From NCBI GenBank assembly GCA_021825805.1, contig JAKAGF010000001.1, positions 1 to 38,904 on the forward strand: a stretch of DNA of 38,904 nt, written 5' to 3'. Below the pieces are notes generated by a model. That model searched no databases, was not told the origin of the DNA, and saw only the letters and a list, made by a program, of their open reading frames with translations. Below are positions 16,875-24,937 of the stretch, piece after piece. This stretch comes from Nitrospirota bacterium (GTDB lineage: Bacteria > Nitrospirota > Thermodesulfovibrionia > Thermodesulfovibrionales > UBA6898). Within the stretch, counting starts at the first letter, position 1. Every line of letters starts with the position of its first letter. A program made the position numbers and the translations under genes.

Positions 16875-18503
16875 CTACTCGCACGCGTTCACCTTTTCCT
16901 GACAGTTCACTTTGCCGTTCCAGAACGAAGTGACATCTATGATCAAGACGACCCTTCCGTCTCCGAGTATGGAAGCCCCCGCTATGCCGAATGATTTCCC
17001 AAAGGTATCGTCAAGGGGCTTGATGACGATCTCCTGCTGCCCCCTGAGCCTGCTGACGGCAAGGGCAACGCGTTTTTCTCCACTGCCGAGTATCACAAGA
17101 TATAACCGCCGCGGCCGTTTGCCGGAAAGGCCGAAAAACTCATCCAGCCTGATGACCGGCATGACGCGGTTTCTGAACCGGATGACCTCCCGGTTGTTGA
17201 TGATATGGATCGCCTCGTCGCGGACCTTGATGCTCTCGTCCACGGCGCTCAGGGGGATCGCGAATACCTCGCCCCCGGCCTCTGTCATGAGGGCCGGAAT
17301 GATGGCAAGACTGAGGGGGAGCTTTATGGTGAACAGCGTCCCCTTCCCGGGAACGCTGTCAGCGGAGACCTGCCCGTTGAGGTTTGAAATGTTCCTGCTG
17401 ACCACATCAAGGCCGATACCCCGGCCCGAGACATCGGTCGCCTCCTGTTTAGTCGTAAACCCGGCGGAAAAGATGAGGGAAAGGGCCGCCTCCTTGCTGA
17501 GCTGATCATCGGGCCCGATCAGCCCTTTCCTTGCCGCGGCCTCCCGTATCCGCCCAACGTCCATTCCCCTGCCGTCATCCATGACTTTTATGATCACGTA
17601 GTTGGATTCCTGTCCCGCTGAAAGGGTGATCGTGGCTGAGTGGGGTTTGCCGAGACCGGATCTCTCGCGGGGCGGCTCTATGCCGTGATCCACCGCATTT
17701 CTGATGATATGCAGCAGCGGCTCTTCCAGTTCGTCGATTATCGTCTTGTCGAGTTCGGTGTCTTCCCCCTCGAATGCAAGTCTGATTTCCTTGCCCTGTG
17801 CCTTGGCGAGGTCCCGCACCATCCGGGGGAACTTGTGAAATACCGTGCTCACGGGAAGCATGCGGGCCCTCATGATGCCCTCCTGAAGGCCCGCGATCAT
17901 CTTCCCCATCGCATCGAGCCCGTCCTTCAGCTCTTTCGTCGTCGCCTTGTTGCGAACCTCTCCCCGTATCTGGGTTTCGATCTGGTTCAGCCTTGTCTTG
18001 TAGATGACCAACTCCCCGACCAGGTTGAGAAGGTCATTGAGTTTCTTGAAGTCAACTTTAATGGTATCCGTCTTCGTGCCGAGATATGCAGCCGGGTCCG
18101 CCGGTTGTATGTCGAGGCCGGACGCGCCTCCGTTGAGACATTCCCTGATCAACCCGATGCCCTCAGTCAGTTCGGGTTTTGAACGGGGGTTCTCCCCGAT
18201 CTCGCGGAGGGTGTTCCGGATGATGTGGGCGCTGTCAAACAAAAGCCCCATCGCCTGTCCCAGCTCAAGATCATTGTCGAGCACCTTTTTCAGGATGCCC
18301 TCAACCTCGTGCACAAAGGCCTTCAGGGACTCATATCCCATCATCCCGGCATTGCCCTTGAGCGTGTGGAGCGACCCCAACGTACCGGTGACGGTGTCCC
18401 TGTTGAAGCCGTTTTGCTCCAGCGACATCAGGGCTCCGTCGAAGGCCGCAAGATGGCCGTCGGCGTCATCAAGGAAGTCTTTTATGAGCTCTGAGAATTC
18501 CAC
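16875..18503 (-). CDS. cheA: Chemotaxis histidine kinase CheA (P1-P3-P4-P5; no P2 domain)
   Basis: The Hpt/P1 domain carries the phospho-His context GSLHTLKGNAGMMG. P3 is IKVDFKKLNDLLNLVGELVI. The P4 HATPase has HIIRNAVDHGIE, DDGRGMD and GRGIGLD. A CheW-like P5 domain sits at the C-terminus. I set the start at GTG 18503 (VEFSELIKDFLDD), 10 nt after the cheY stop. The track start at 18611 would overlap cheY by ~100 nt. Confidence 0.92.
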   Translation of the reverse strand: MEFSELIKDFLDDADGHLAAFDGALMSLEQNGFNRDTVTGTLGSLHTLKGNAGMMGYESLKAFVHEVEGILKKVLDNDLELGQAMGLLFDSAHIIRNTLREIGENPRSKPELTEGIGLIRECLNGGASGLDIQPADPAAYLGTKTDTIKVDFKKLNDLLNLVGELVIYKTRLNQIETQIRGEVRNKATTKELKDGLDAMGKMIAGLQEGIMRARMLPVSTVFHKFPRMVRDLAKAQGKEIRLAFEGEDTELDKTIIDELEEPLLHIIRNAVDHGIEPPRERSGLGKPHSATITLSAGQESNYVIIKVMDDGRGMDVGRIREAAARKGLIGPDDQLSKEAALSLIFSAGFTTKQEATDVSGRGIGLDVVSRNISNLNGQVSADSVPGKGTLFTIKLPLSLAIIPALMTEAGGEVFAIPLSAVDESIKVRDEAIHIINNREVIRFRNRVMPVIRLDEFFGLSGKRPRRLYLVILGSGEKRVALAVSRLRGQQEIVIKPLDDTFGKSFGIAGASILGDGRVVLIIDVTSFWNGKVNCQEKVNACE

Positions 18504-18513
18504 GCGCCGGCTG

Positions 18514-18927
18514 CTATGCGCTACCCAGTTTTTCGAGGAACGGCGACTTCTTGATGATAACCTTCTCGATGATCTCGTAGAGCACGTGGGGCTTGAACGG
18601 TTTGACCACATAACCCCATGCCCCGAGCTTCAATGCCCTGAGGGTGTCCTCCTCCTTGCCCTCGGTGCTGATGACAATGATCGGGATCTGCCGGTAGAGA
18701 TTCTCGGCCTTGAGCTTTTCCATGAACTGCAGACCGTTCATCACCGGCATATTGATGTCGAGGAGGATAAGATTGAAATCGCTCTCCCTCGACAGGACGT
18801 CGAGGGCCTCCAGGCCGTTCATGGCGTCGACTATGCGGCAGCCGTTGTACCGGTTAAGCACGAGCCGGTACATGGAGTGTATGAGCTGAGAGTCATCAAC
18901 GATCAGCACTTTGCCTAATGTATTCAT
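18514..18927 (-). CDS. cheY: Single-domain response regulator CheY
   Basis: 137 aa. Motifs are VLIVDDSQLIH, the phospho-acceptor context LLDINMPVMNG, ISTEG and VVKPF. Confidence 0.88.
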   Translation of the reverse strand: MNTLGKVLIVDDSQLIHSMYRLVLNRYNGCRIVDAMNGLEALDVLSRESDFNLILLDINMPVMNGLQFMEKLKAENLYRQIPIIVISTEGKEEDTLRALKLGAWGYVVKPFKPHVLYEIIEKVIIKKSPFLEKLGSA

Positions 18928-18960
18928 ATTCCGCTCCTATGAGTTGCTGTCATGCAGTTT

Positions 18961-19350
18961 CTATACCTTTTGCGCCGGCGGGACGGGAATGCCGAGCGTC
19001 CTGACCTTCGAGATCAGGTGTGAGATGTCTATGGGCTTCTCATAATAATGAAACGCCCCCCGCCGGTATGCATCCTCCTCCATCTCCGCGGAACCGTATG
19101 CCGTCATGATGATCACCTCGGTCCGCGGGCTTGCCTTCTTCACATAGCTCAGAAGCTCAAGCCCCTCGATACCGTACATGCCGCTTAAACGTATGTCCGC
19201 GATAACGAGATCGAATGTATACCGTAAAAGCGCCTCTTCAGCCTCCTCAATCTTGTCGCTGGTGATGACCATTGTATCCTTGCTGCTCAGAATGTGCGAG
19301 AGCGTCATCAGGATAGTCTCCTCGTCATCAACGATGAGAATCTTTTTCAT
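18961..19350 (-). CDS. Stand-alone receiver (REC) domain protein
   Basis: 129 aa. Motifs are ILIVDDEETI, VIADIRLSGMYG, IIMTAYGS and YYEKP. It is the first gene after the sigma-54 promoter. Confidence 0.85.
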   Translation of the reverse strand: MKKILIVDDEETILMTLSHILSSKDTMVITSDKIEEAEEALLRYTFDLVIADIRLSGMYGIEGLELLSYVKKASPRTEVIIMTAYGSAEMEEDAYRRGAFHYYEKPIDISHLISKVRTLGIPVPPAQKV

Positions 19351-19389
19351 CCGTCGTACCCCCCTGAATGTAATGTCCGGCTTGAGAGA

Positions 19390-19404
19390 GCAAACGCGGT
19401 GCCA
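19390..19404 (-). promoter_or_regulatory. Sigma-54 (RpoN) -24/-12 promoter
   Basis: The minus strand reads TGGCAC-CGCGT-TTGCT, an exact match to the TGGCAC-N5-TTGCW consensus. The expected TSS is ~19378, 28 nt upstream of the REC start codon (19350). The leader contains AGGGGGG as a Shine-Dalgarno element. Confidence 0.75.
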
Positions 19405-19529
19405 CCGACCACCACGACCCGGCCTATGCAGGCACGGAAAGCCGCCAAGCGGGGGATCGACTGAAAAGTCTTTTATTCACGGGCGTTATCCGGGTGATCA
19501 CGGAGAAGGGCTGCTGACAAGACATGCGC

Positions 19530-19599
19530 GGACAGAAAAATCAGAGAAACAGGGGCATTGCATGCCGGCCGGTTTCCGGACATGCCGTCCGGAAACCGG
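19530..19599 (-). terminator. Tandem hairpins directly after the bEBP stop codon (candidate terminator, or an activator-binding palindrome)
   Basis: There is a perfect 13-bp inverted repeat: CCGGTTTCCGGAC (19569-19581) and GTCCGGAAACCGG (19587-19599), with a 5-nt spacer. It abuts the TGA at 19600-19602. A second 5-bp hairpin follows (GGCAT/ATGCC, 19554-19566), then a U-rich stretch on the minus strand (CCUGUUUCUCUGAUUUUUCUG). No canonical U-tract touches the first stem. Confidence 0.4.
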
Positions 19600-20922
19600 T
19601 CAACCGATGTTGTAGTTCTTCAACTTCTCGTTCAACGTGGAGCGGGCCACGCCGAGCGCCTGGGCCGCCCTGGTCCGGTTACCGCCGGTCAGTTCGAGGA
19701 CCCGTCGGATATGGGCCTCCTCGACTTCCGTAAGCAACAGCGCCGAGGCCTTCACTTCCGCAGCAAGCGGCAGATGCAGATGCTTCAGCCCGATGGTCTC
19801 GTCCTGGCAGAGGATAAGAGAACGCTCGATGACATTTCGCAGTTCCCTGACATTCCCCGGCCATGCATACGAACTCAGGGCATCCGCTGCCTCGGGGGAA
19901 AAATCGGAGACCTGCTTCTTGCCCATCGCCTTTTTCATCTCGTCCAGATAATACTCGGCTATGAGGGGTATATCTTCGGGCCTCTCCCTCAGCGGCAGCA
20001 GCGCCAGCGGCATGACGTTGAGGCGGTAATAGAGGTCCTCCCTGAAGGCCCCCTGCCTGATCAGAGCCACGAGGTCCCTGTTGGTTGCGGCAACAACGCG
20101 CACATCCACAGAGATGTCCCTCGTGCCGCCGAGCCGCTTCAGGGTCCGTGATTCCAGGACCCTCAGGACCTTGGCCTGCGCGCCGAGAGGCATGTCGCCG
20201 ATCTCATCGAGGAAAAGCGTGCCGCCGTCGGCAAGCTCGACGAGCCCTTTCTTGGTCTTCCTGGCATCCGTGAAGGCGCCCACTTCATAGCCGAACAGTT
20301 CACTCTCGAGTATCTGCTCAGGGATGGCGGCGCAGTTGATCTCGACAAAGGGCTTGTCGCGCCGCATGCTTAAGACATGTATGTTCCGGGCAACGATCTC
20401 TTTTCCGGTCCCGGTGTCTCCCCGGATCAGGACGGTCGTCGTCGCATTTGAGGCAAGGAGGTTGATCATGTGAATGAGCCCCTGGATGTGCGTGCTCCTG
20501 CCGACAAGGGGATACGCAGACCCCCTGAGGAGTCCCGCGCCCTGGCGCATCCTCCGCAGACCCACGCCTTTTTCGACGATCACCGCAAGCTCATCCAGAT
20601 CAATGGGCTTCTGGAAATAATACTCTGCGCCCAGCTTCATCGCCCTGACCGCGTCGCTGATCTCGCTATAGCCTGTCATCACGACGACCGAAATCTCGGG
20701 GTAATCCTTCTTGATCCCCTGAAGCACCTCGAACCCATGCCGGTCCGGAAGACGGAGATCGAGGATGACGATGTCTGGAAGCTCCCGCAGAGCCACGGCA
20801 AGGCCGTCGTTTCCGTTCATTGCCGTAATGACGCCGCAGCCCCTGCCTTCAAAGAATGCCCTGAGACTCTGAGAGATCGTCTCATCGTCCTCGATAATGA
20901 GGATGAGAGGCTCGCTCATCAC
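19600..20922 (-). CDS. Sigma-54-dependent response regulator (NtrC family: REC - AAA+ - Fis-type HTH)
   Basis: The REC domain has LILIIEDDETI and VILDLRLPDRHG. The AAA+ domain has Walker A GDTGTGKE, a GAFTGA-type loop written ESELFGYEVGAFTDA, Walker B GTLFLDEIG, and RVVAATNRDL / FREDLYYRL. The C-terminal HTH reads GGNRTRAAQALGVARSTLNEKLK. The start is GTG 20922 or ATG 20919; both overlap the nrdR stop. Confidence 0.9.
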   Translation of the reverse strand: MMSEPLILIIEDDETISQSLRAFFEGRGCGVITAMNGNDGLAVALRELPDIVILDLRLPDRHGFEVLQGIKKDYPEISVVVMTGYSEISDAVRAMKLGAEYYFQKPIDLDELAVIVEKGVGLRRMRQGAGLLRGSAYPLVGRSTHIQGLIHMINLLASNATTTVLIRGDTGTGKEIVARNIHVLSMRRDKPFVEINCAAIPEQILESELFGYEVGAFTDARKTKKGLVELADGGTLFLDEIGDMPLGAQAKVLRVLESRTLKRLGGTRDISVDVRVVAATNRDLVALIRQGAFREDLYYRLNVMPLALLPLRERPEDIPLIAEYYLDEMKKAMGKKQVSDFSPEAADALSSYAWPGNVRELRNVIERSLILCQDETIGLKHLHLPLAAEVKASALLLTEVEEAHIRRVLELTGGNRTRAAQALGVARSTLNEKLKNYNIG

Positions 20923-21383
20923 CTTCGGTCGCGGTTCTCGAAGAGGGTCCGGACCTCCTCCATCAACTCGTTGAGGTCCTTGAATTCGTGGTACACAGAG
21001 GCAAACCGCACGTAGGCAACCTGGTCGAGGTGCTTGAGCTCGGACATGATCTGTTCGCCGACCCAGGTGCTCTGTATCTCTTTCACGCCCATGCCGAGGA
21101 GACGCTTCTCAATGCCCTCGACGATTTCGTCAAGGCGGTCGGTCCCGATAGGCCGTTTTTTGCACGCCAGGAGTAGTCCATGCTTGAGCTTTCCGACATC
21201 GAACGGCTCGCGGCGGCCGTCCTTCTTGACTACGAGAGGGACGAGGTCTTCGACACGTTCATAGGAGGTGAACCGCTTGCTGCAGCCGAGGCACTCCCGC
21301 CTGCGGCGTATGGCGTCCCCTTCCTTGCTGGTCCGCGAATCGATGACCTTGTCCTCGGGATTGCCGCAGAAGGGGCACTTCAT
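20919..21383 (-). CDS. nrdR: Transcriptional repressor NrdR (zinc ribbon + ATP-cone)
   Basis: The N-terminus is MKCPFCGNPEDKVIDSR...RRRRECLGCSKRFTSYE, followed by an ATP-cone (VVKKDGRREPFD...AYVRFASVY). Confidence 0.93.
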   Translation of the reverse strand: MKCPFCGNPEDKVIDSRTSKEGDAIRRRRECLGCSKRFTSYERVEDLVPLVVKKDGRREPFDVGKLKHGLLLACKKRPIGTDRLDEIVEGIEKRLLGMGVKEIQSTWVGEQIMSELKHLDQVAYVRFASVYHEFKDLNELMEEVRTLFENRDRR

Positions 21384-21407
21384 ATCTCATTTCCTTTTTT
21401 TCAAAAT

Positions 21408-22646
21408 TCACCGGTAGATGGGAAACCGGTCGCAGAGGTTTTTCACCCTGGCAGAAATGGCGGCAATCGCCTCAGGCTCCTTGCTGTTATTAATGACCTC
21501 GGAAATAATCTCTGCGATCTCCTCCATCTCCTCCCTGCCCATGCCTCGCGTGGTGACGCTCGGAGTCCCGAGCCTCATGCCGCTCGTCACTGCAGGGGGT
21601 CTCTGGTCATAGGGGATCGCATTTTTATTGACGGTGATGCCCGCCTTGTCCAGCGCGGTTTCCGCGTCCTTGCCGGTTATGCCCTTGCCTGTGAGATCCA
21701 CAAGCATCAGGTGGTTGTCCGTGCCTCCTGAGATGATGCGGAACCCCCTCCTGATGAGCACATCCGCCATGGTCCGGGCATTTACGACAACGTTCTGCTG
21801 GTACTTCCTGAACTCCTCGGTCATCGCCTCCCTGAGGGCAACCGCCTTTGCGGCGATGACATGGACAAGGGGTCCTCCCTGGATGCCCGGAAATATCATC
21901 TTGTCCACAGCCCTGGCGAACTCGGCCTTGCAGAAGATCATGCCTCCACGCGGGCCCCGGAGCGTCTTATGCGTAGTCGTTGTGACGAAATCAGCATACG
22001 GTACGGGTGACGGATGGAGCCCTGCTGCAACCAGACCGGCTATATGGGCGATGTCTGCAAGGAGATAGGCCCCGACCTCTTTGGATATCTCTGAAAACAT
22101 CTTGAAGTCTATGATCCGCGAATACGCGCTTGCGCCGACAACAACCATTTTCGGACGGTGCTCGCGTGCGAGCCTCCTCACCTCGTCATAGTCGATATAT
22201 CCTTCCTTGTTGACCCCATATGCAAAATTCTGGTAGAGCATGCCGGAGAAGTTGACCGATGCGCCGTGCGAGAGATGGCCGCCGTGGTTGAGACTCATGC
22301 CGAGAATCTTATCCCCGGGTTTCAGCACCGCAAAATATACAGCCATGTTCGCCTGCGAACCGGAATGCGGCTGGACATTGACATGCTCCGCACCGAAGAT
22401 CTTCTTTGCGCGCTCGATGGAGAGGGTCTCTACGGTGTCAGCGTATTCGCAGCCGCCGTAGTAGCGTCTGCCGGGATATCCTTCCGCGTACTTGTTGGTG
22501 AAGATGGAACCCTGGGCCTCCAGCACGGCGGGGCTCACATAATTCTCTGAAGCGATAAGGACGATCTTGTGGTGTTCGCGGTCCCGCTCCCGCTCTATGG
22601 CGTCGAATACTTCCGGATCGTCGAGCCGGAGGTTACTGAGTTCCAT
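21408..22646 (-). CDS. glyA: Serine hydroxymethyltransferase
   Basis: 412 aa. Matching blocks are [36 protein letters not shown], the PLP-Lys context [15 protein letters not shown], and GIQGGPL. Confidence 0.95.
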   Translation of the reverse strand: MELSNLRLDDPEVFDAIERERDREHHKIVLIASENYVSPAVLEAQGSIFTNKYAEGYPGRRYYGGCEYADTVETLSIERAKKIFGAEHVNVQPHSGSQANMAVYFAVLKPGDKILGMSLNHGGHLSHGASVNFSGMLYQNFAYGVNKEGYIDYDEVRRLAREHRPKMVVVGASAYSRIIDFKMFSEISKEVGAYLLADIAHIAGLVAAGLHPSPVPYADFVTTTTHKTLRGPRGGMIFCKAEFARAVDKMIFPGIQGGPLVHVIAAKAVALREAMTEEFRKYQQNVVVNARTMADVLIRRGFRIISGGTDNHLMLVDLTGKGITGKDAETALDKAGITVNKNAIPYDQRPPAVTSGMRLGTPSVTTRGMGREEMEEIAEIISEVINNSKEPEAIAAISARVKNLCDRFPIYR

Positions 22647-23100
22647 GGGAGTTCAGGCCTTCCTCAATTTTCTTTATCTTATCCAGTCTCCTTATGTGTC
22701 TCGCCCCTTCAAAGGCGGTCGTGGACCATACCTTCACGATCTCGGCAGCCAGGTCTTTTCCGATGATCCGGCCTCCCATGACAAGGATATTGGCATCGTT
22801 GTGCAGCCTGCTCATTCTGGCTGAAAAGAGGTCGTTGCAGAGGGACGCCCGAACGCCGGGAAACTTGTTCGCCACCATCGACATGCCAATGCCGGTGCCG
22901 CAGATGAGGATGCCGCGTTCAACGCCGCCTGAGGAGACGAGTTGCGACACCTTCCGCCCGAAATCAGGATAATCGACGGATTCCGTGCCGTTGGTTCCGC
23001 AGTCAACGATCTCCGCCTGCATGCCTCTGAGAAGGGGGATGATCTCTTCCTTCAGGCCGAATCCTGCATGGTCACAGCCAATAGCGATCTTCACCTGCAC
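22633..23100 (-). CDS. rpiB: Ribose-5-phosphate isomerase B
   Basis: Matching blocks are [17 protein letters not shown]...[16 protein letters not shown]...[18 protein letters not shown]. The start is GTG 23100 or GTG 23094, the latter giving the typical MKIAIG N-terminus. Confidence 0.9.
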   Translation of the reverse strand: MQVKIAIGCDHAGFGLKEEIIPLLRGMQAEIVDCGTNGTESVDYPDFGRKVSQLVSSGGVERGILICGTGIGMSMVANKFPGVRASLCNDLFSARMSRLHNDANILVMGGRIIGKDLAAEIVKVWSTTAFEGARHIRRLDKIKKIEEGLNSHGTQ

Positions 23101-23300
23101 TTACCTTTCGAACAACCCCGCAGGCCCCGTATTTACGGGGATTCTTGGGGAGGGATTCACTTAACCCAGCATATTATCTTATCCGAGGTCCGAATTCCAA
23201 GTCAAGAAATGAGGGGGTTCGGACAGGAGTCTTCTCAGGGCGTTTTTTGAGGTACAATAAAGGTGCGGCCGGTCCGCATGACTATGCGCGAGGGAGTGCC

Positions 23301-24917
23301 ATGACAAAGAAAAAAAGGGAAGTCCTGATCCAGGAAGATTCGCGCAAGGTCCTCAGAGGCGACTTCGCCCAACTGTCGGATCCGGTCGCGCTGCTGCTCT
23401 TTACCGACGACTCTGAAAACAAACCGTTCAATGTCTTTGTCCGTAAACTCGTCTCTGAACTGGTCGAGATATCCGATAAGGTCAAACCCGTTTTTGAAGA
23501 CCTCGGCGGAGCTGCAGCCGCGAAACACGGGATCACCAGAACGCCCACGCTGCTGCTCCAGCCGGAGAAGTACCGGATCAGGTTTATCGGCGCGCCTGCC
23601 GGCGAAGAGGCCCGCACCCTTGTCCTCTCTCTCATCATGGCCTCCACCGGAAAGACGATCCTTTCGGATCAGGCAAAGGCGCGGCTGGCCGATCTGAAGG
23701 AGCCGAGGAACGTAAAGATATTCGTCAGTCCCACCTGCCCCTATTGTCCGCAGCAGGCCGCCCTCGCCGTGGCTGCCGCAATTGAAAGGCCGGGACTGGT
23801 TACGGCGGAGATTATCGAGATATTCGAAAACAAGGAGATCGCCTCGCGGTTCAATGTATCCTCTGTCCCGCAGGTCTTCATCGATGACCACCTTGTCGGC
23901 CTCGGTCTCCAGTTGGAGGAGGTCTTTATCGAAGAGCTTCTCACCGCGGTCCCCGTCACCCCCAGGCCGGCGGAATACGGAAAGAAGATCGAAAAGGACC
24001 TCGTCATCGTCGGGGCCGGACCTGCCGGCTTGACCGCCGCAATCTACGCCGCCCGAAGCGGCCTCAGGACCGTTGTACTCGAAAAGGCGAATATCGGCGG
24101 CCAGGTTGCGATAACGCCCGTTGTGGAGAACTATCCGGGGTTCTCGAGGATCGCCGGCAGGAGCCTCATGGACATGATGGCGCAGCAGGCGATCAGCTAC
24201 AGCGATATACACGAAGGGGAAGACGTCGTTGATGTTGTAAAGACGGCTACCCTTTTTGAGGTCTCAACCACGAGGACAACGTATGTGACAAAGGCCATCC
24301 TGCTGGCTACCGGAGCAGAGAGCAGGAAACTGGGTGTCCCGGGGGAAATGCAATTCCAGGGACGCGGCGTCAGTTATTGCGCCGCCTGCGACGGCTACTT
24401 CTTCAAAGACGGCAAAAAGGTCATTGTTGTGGGCGGAGGCAACACAGCGGCCACCGAGGCCCTCTATCTGAAGAACATCGGGGTCGATGTCACTATCGTG
24501 CATCGGCGCGATCAGCTTCGGGCTGAGAAATATCTCCGGCAGAGCCTTGAAAATAACAATATTCCGATTATCTTCAACTCGACGGTCAAAGAGATACGCG
24601 GAGAAAAACTCGTGACCGGCGTTGTGATCGAGAACACCGCGGACCGGACCACTCGACCGCTGCCGGTTGACGGAGTATTCTTCGCCATCGGCTATGCGCC
24701 GAACAACGAGCTGGCCCGAAAACTCGGCGTGGGCTTGGATGCGGAAGGCTACGTCACGGTGGACGCGCAACACCGCACCACGGTGAAAGGCATCTATGCC
24801 GCAGGGGATATTACCGGCGGCGAAAAGCAGATCGTCACGGCAGTCGGGCAGGCTGCGGTCGCCGCAACAACAATCTTCGAAGACATCGCCAACCCCTACT
24901 GGAAAGAAAAGACCTGA
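23301..24917 (+). CDS. AhpF-like fusion: N-terminal glutaredoxin/thioredoxin-fold domain (CPYC) + thioredoxin-disulfide reductase (CAAC)
   Basis: I set the start at ATG 23301, with GGGAG upstream. The N-terminal ~220 aa carry FVSPTCPYCPQQ. The C-terminal part carries FAD site DLVIVGAGPAGLTAAIYAAR, the redox CAACDG, NADPH site VIVVGGGNTAATEA, and GIYAAGD. Confidence 0.85.
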   Translation: MTKKKREVLIQEDSRKVLRGDFAQLSDPVALLLFTDDSENKPFNVFVRKLVSELVEISDKVKPVFEDLGGAAAAKHGITRTPTLLLQPEKYRIRFIGAPAGEEARTLVLSLIMASTGKTILSDQAKARLADLKEPRNVKIFVSPTCPYCPQQAALAVAAAIERPGLVTAEIIEIFENKEIASRFNVSSVPQVFIDDHLVGLGLQLEEVFIEELLTAVPVTPRPAEYGKKIEKDLVIVGAGPAGLTAAIYAARSGLRTVVLEKANIGGQVAITPVVENYPGFSRIAGRSLMDMMAQQAISYSDIHEGEDVVDVVKTATLFEVSTTRTTYVTKAILLATGAESRKLGVPGEMQFQGRGVSYCAACDGYFFKDGKKVIVVGGGNTAATEALYLKNIGVDVTIVHRRDQLRAEKYLRQSLENNNIPIIFNSTVKEIRGEKLVTGVVIENTADRTTRPLPVDGVFFAIGYAPNNELARKLGVGLDAEGYVTVDAQHRTTVKGIYAAGDITGGEKQIVTAVGQAAVAATTIFEDIANPYWKEKT

Positions 24918-24937
24918 TCAGGCTTCCGCCTGATCAG
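24914..24937 (-). terminator. 10-bp-stem hairpin containing the stop codons of both convergent genes
   Basis: The arms are CTGATCAGGC (24914-24923) and GCCTGATCAG (28-37 of line 24901, i.e. 24928-24937), with loop TTCC. The TGA of the + gene (24915-17) and the TGA of the - gene (24934-36) lie inside the arms. On the minus strand a T-rich tract (GTCTTTTCTTTCC) follows the stem. There is none on the plus strand. Confidence 0.45.

Noticed and set aside
18004-18918. 304-aa plus-strand ORF
   Set aside because: It is antisense to cheA and cheY and has no motifs.
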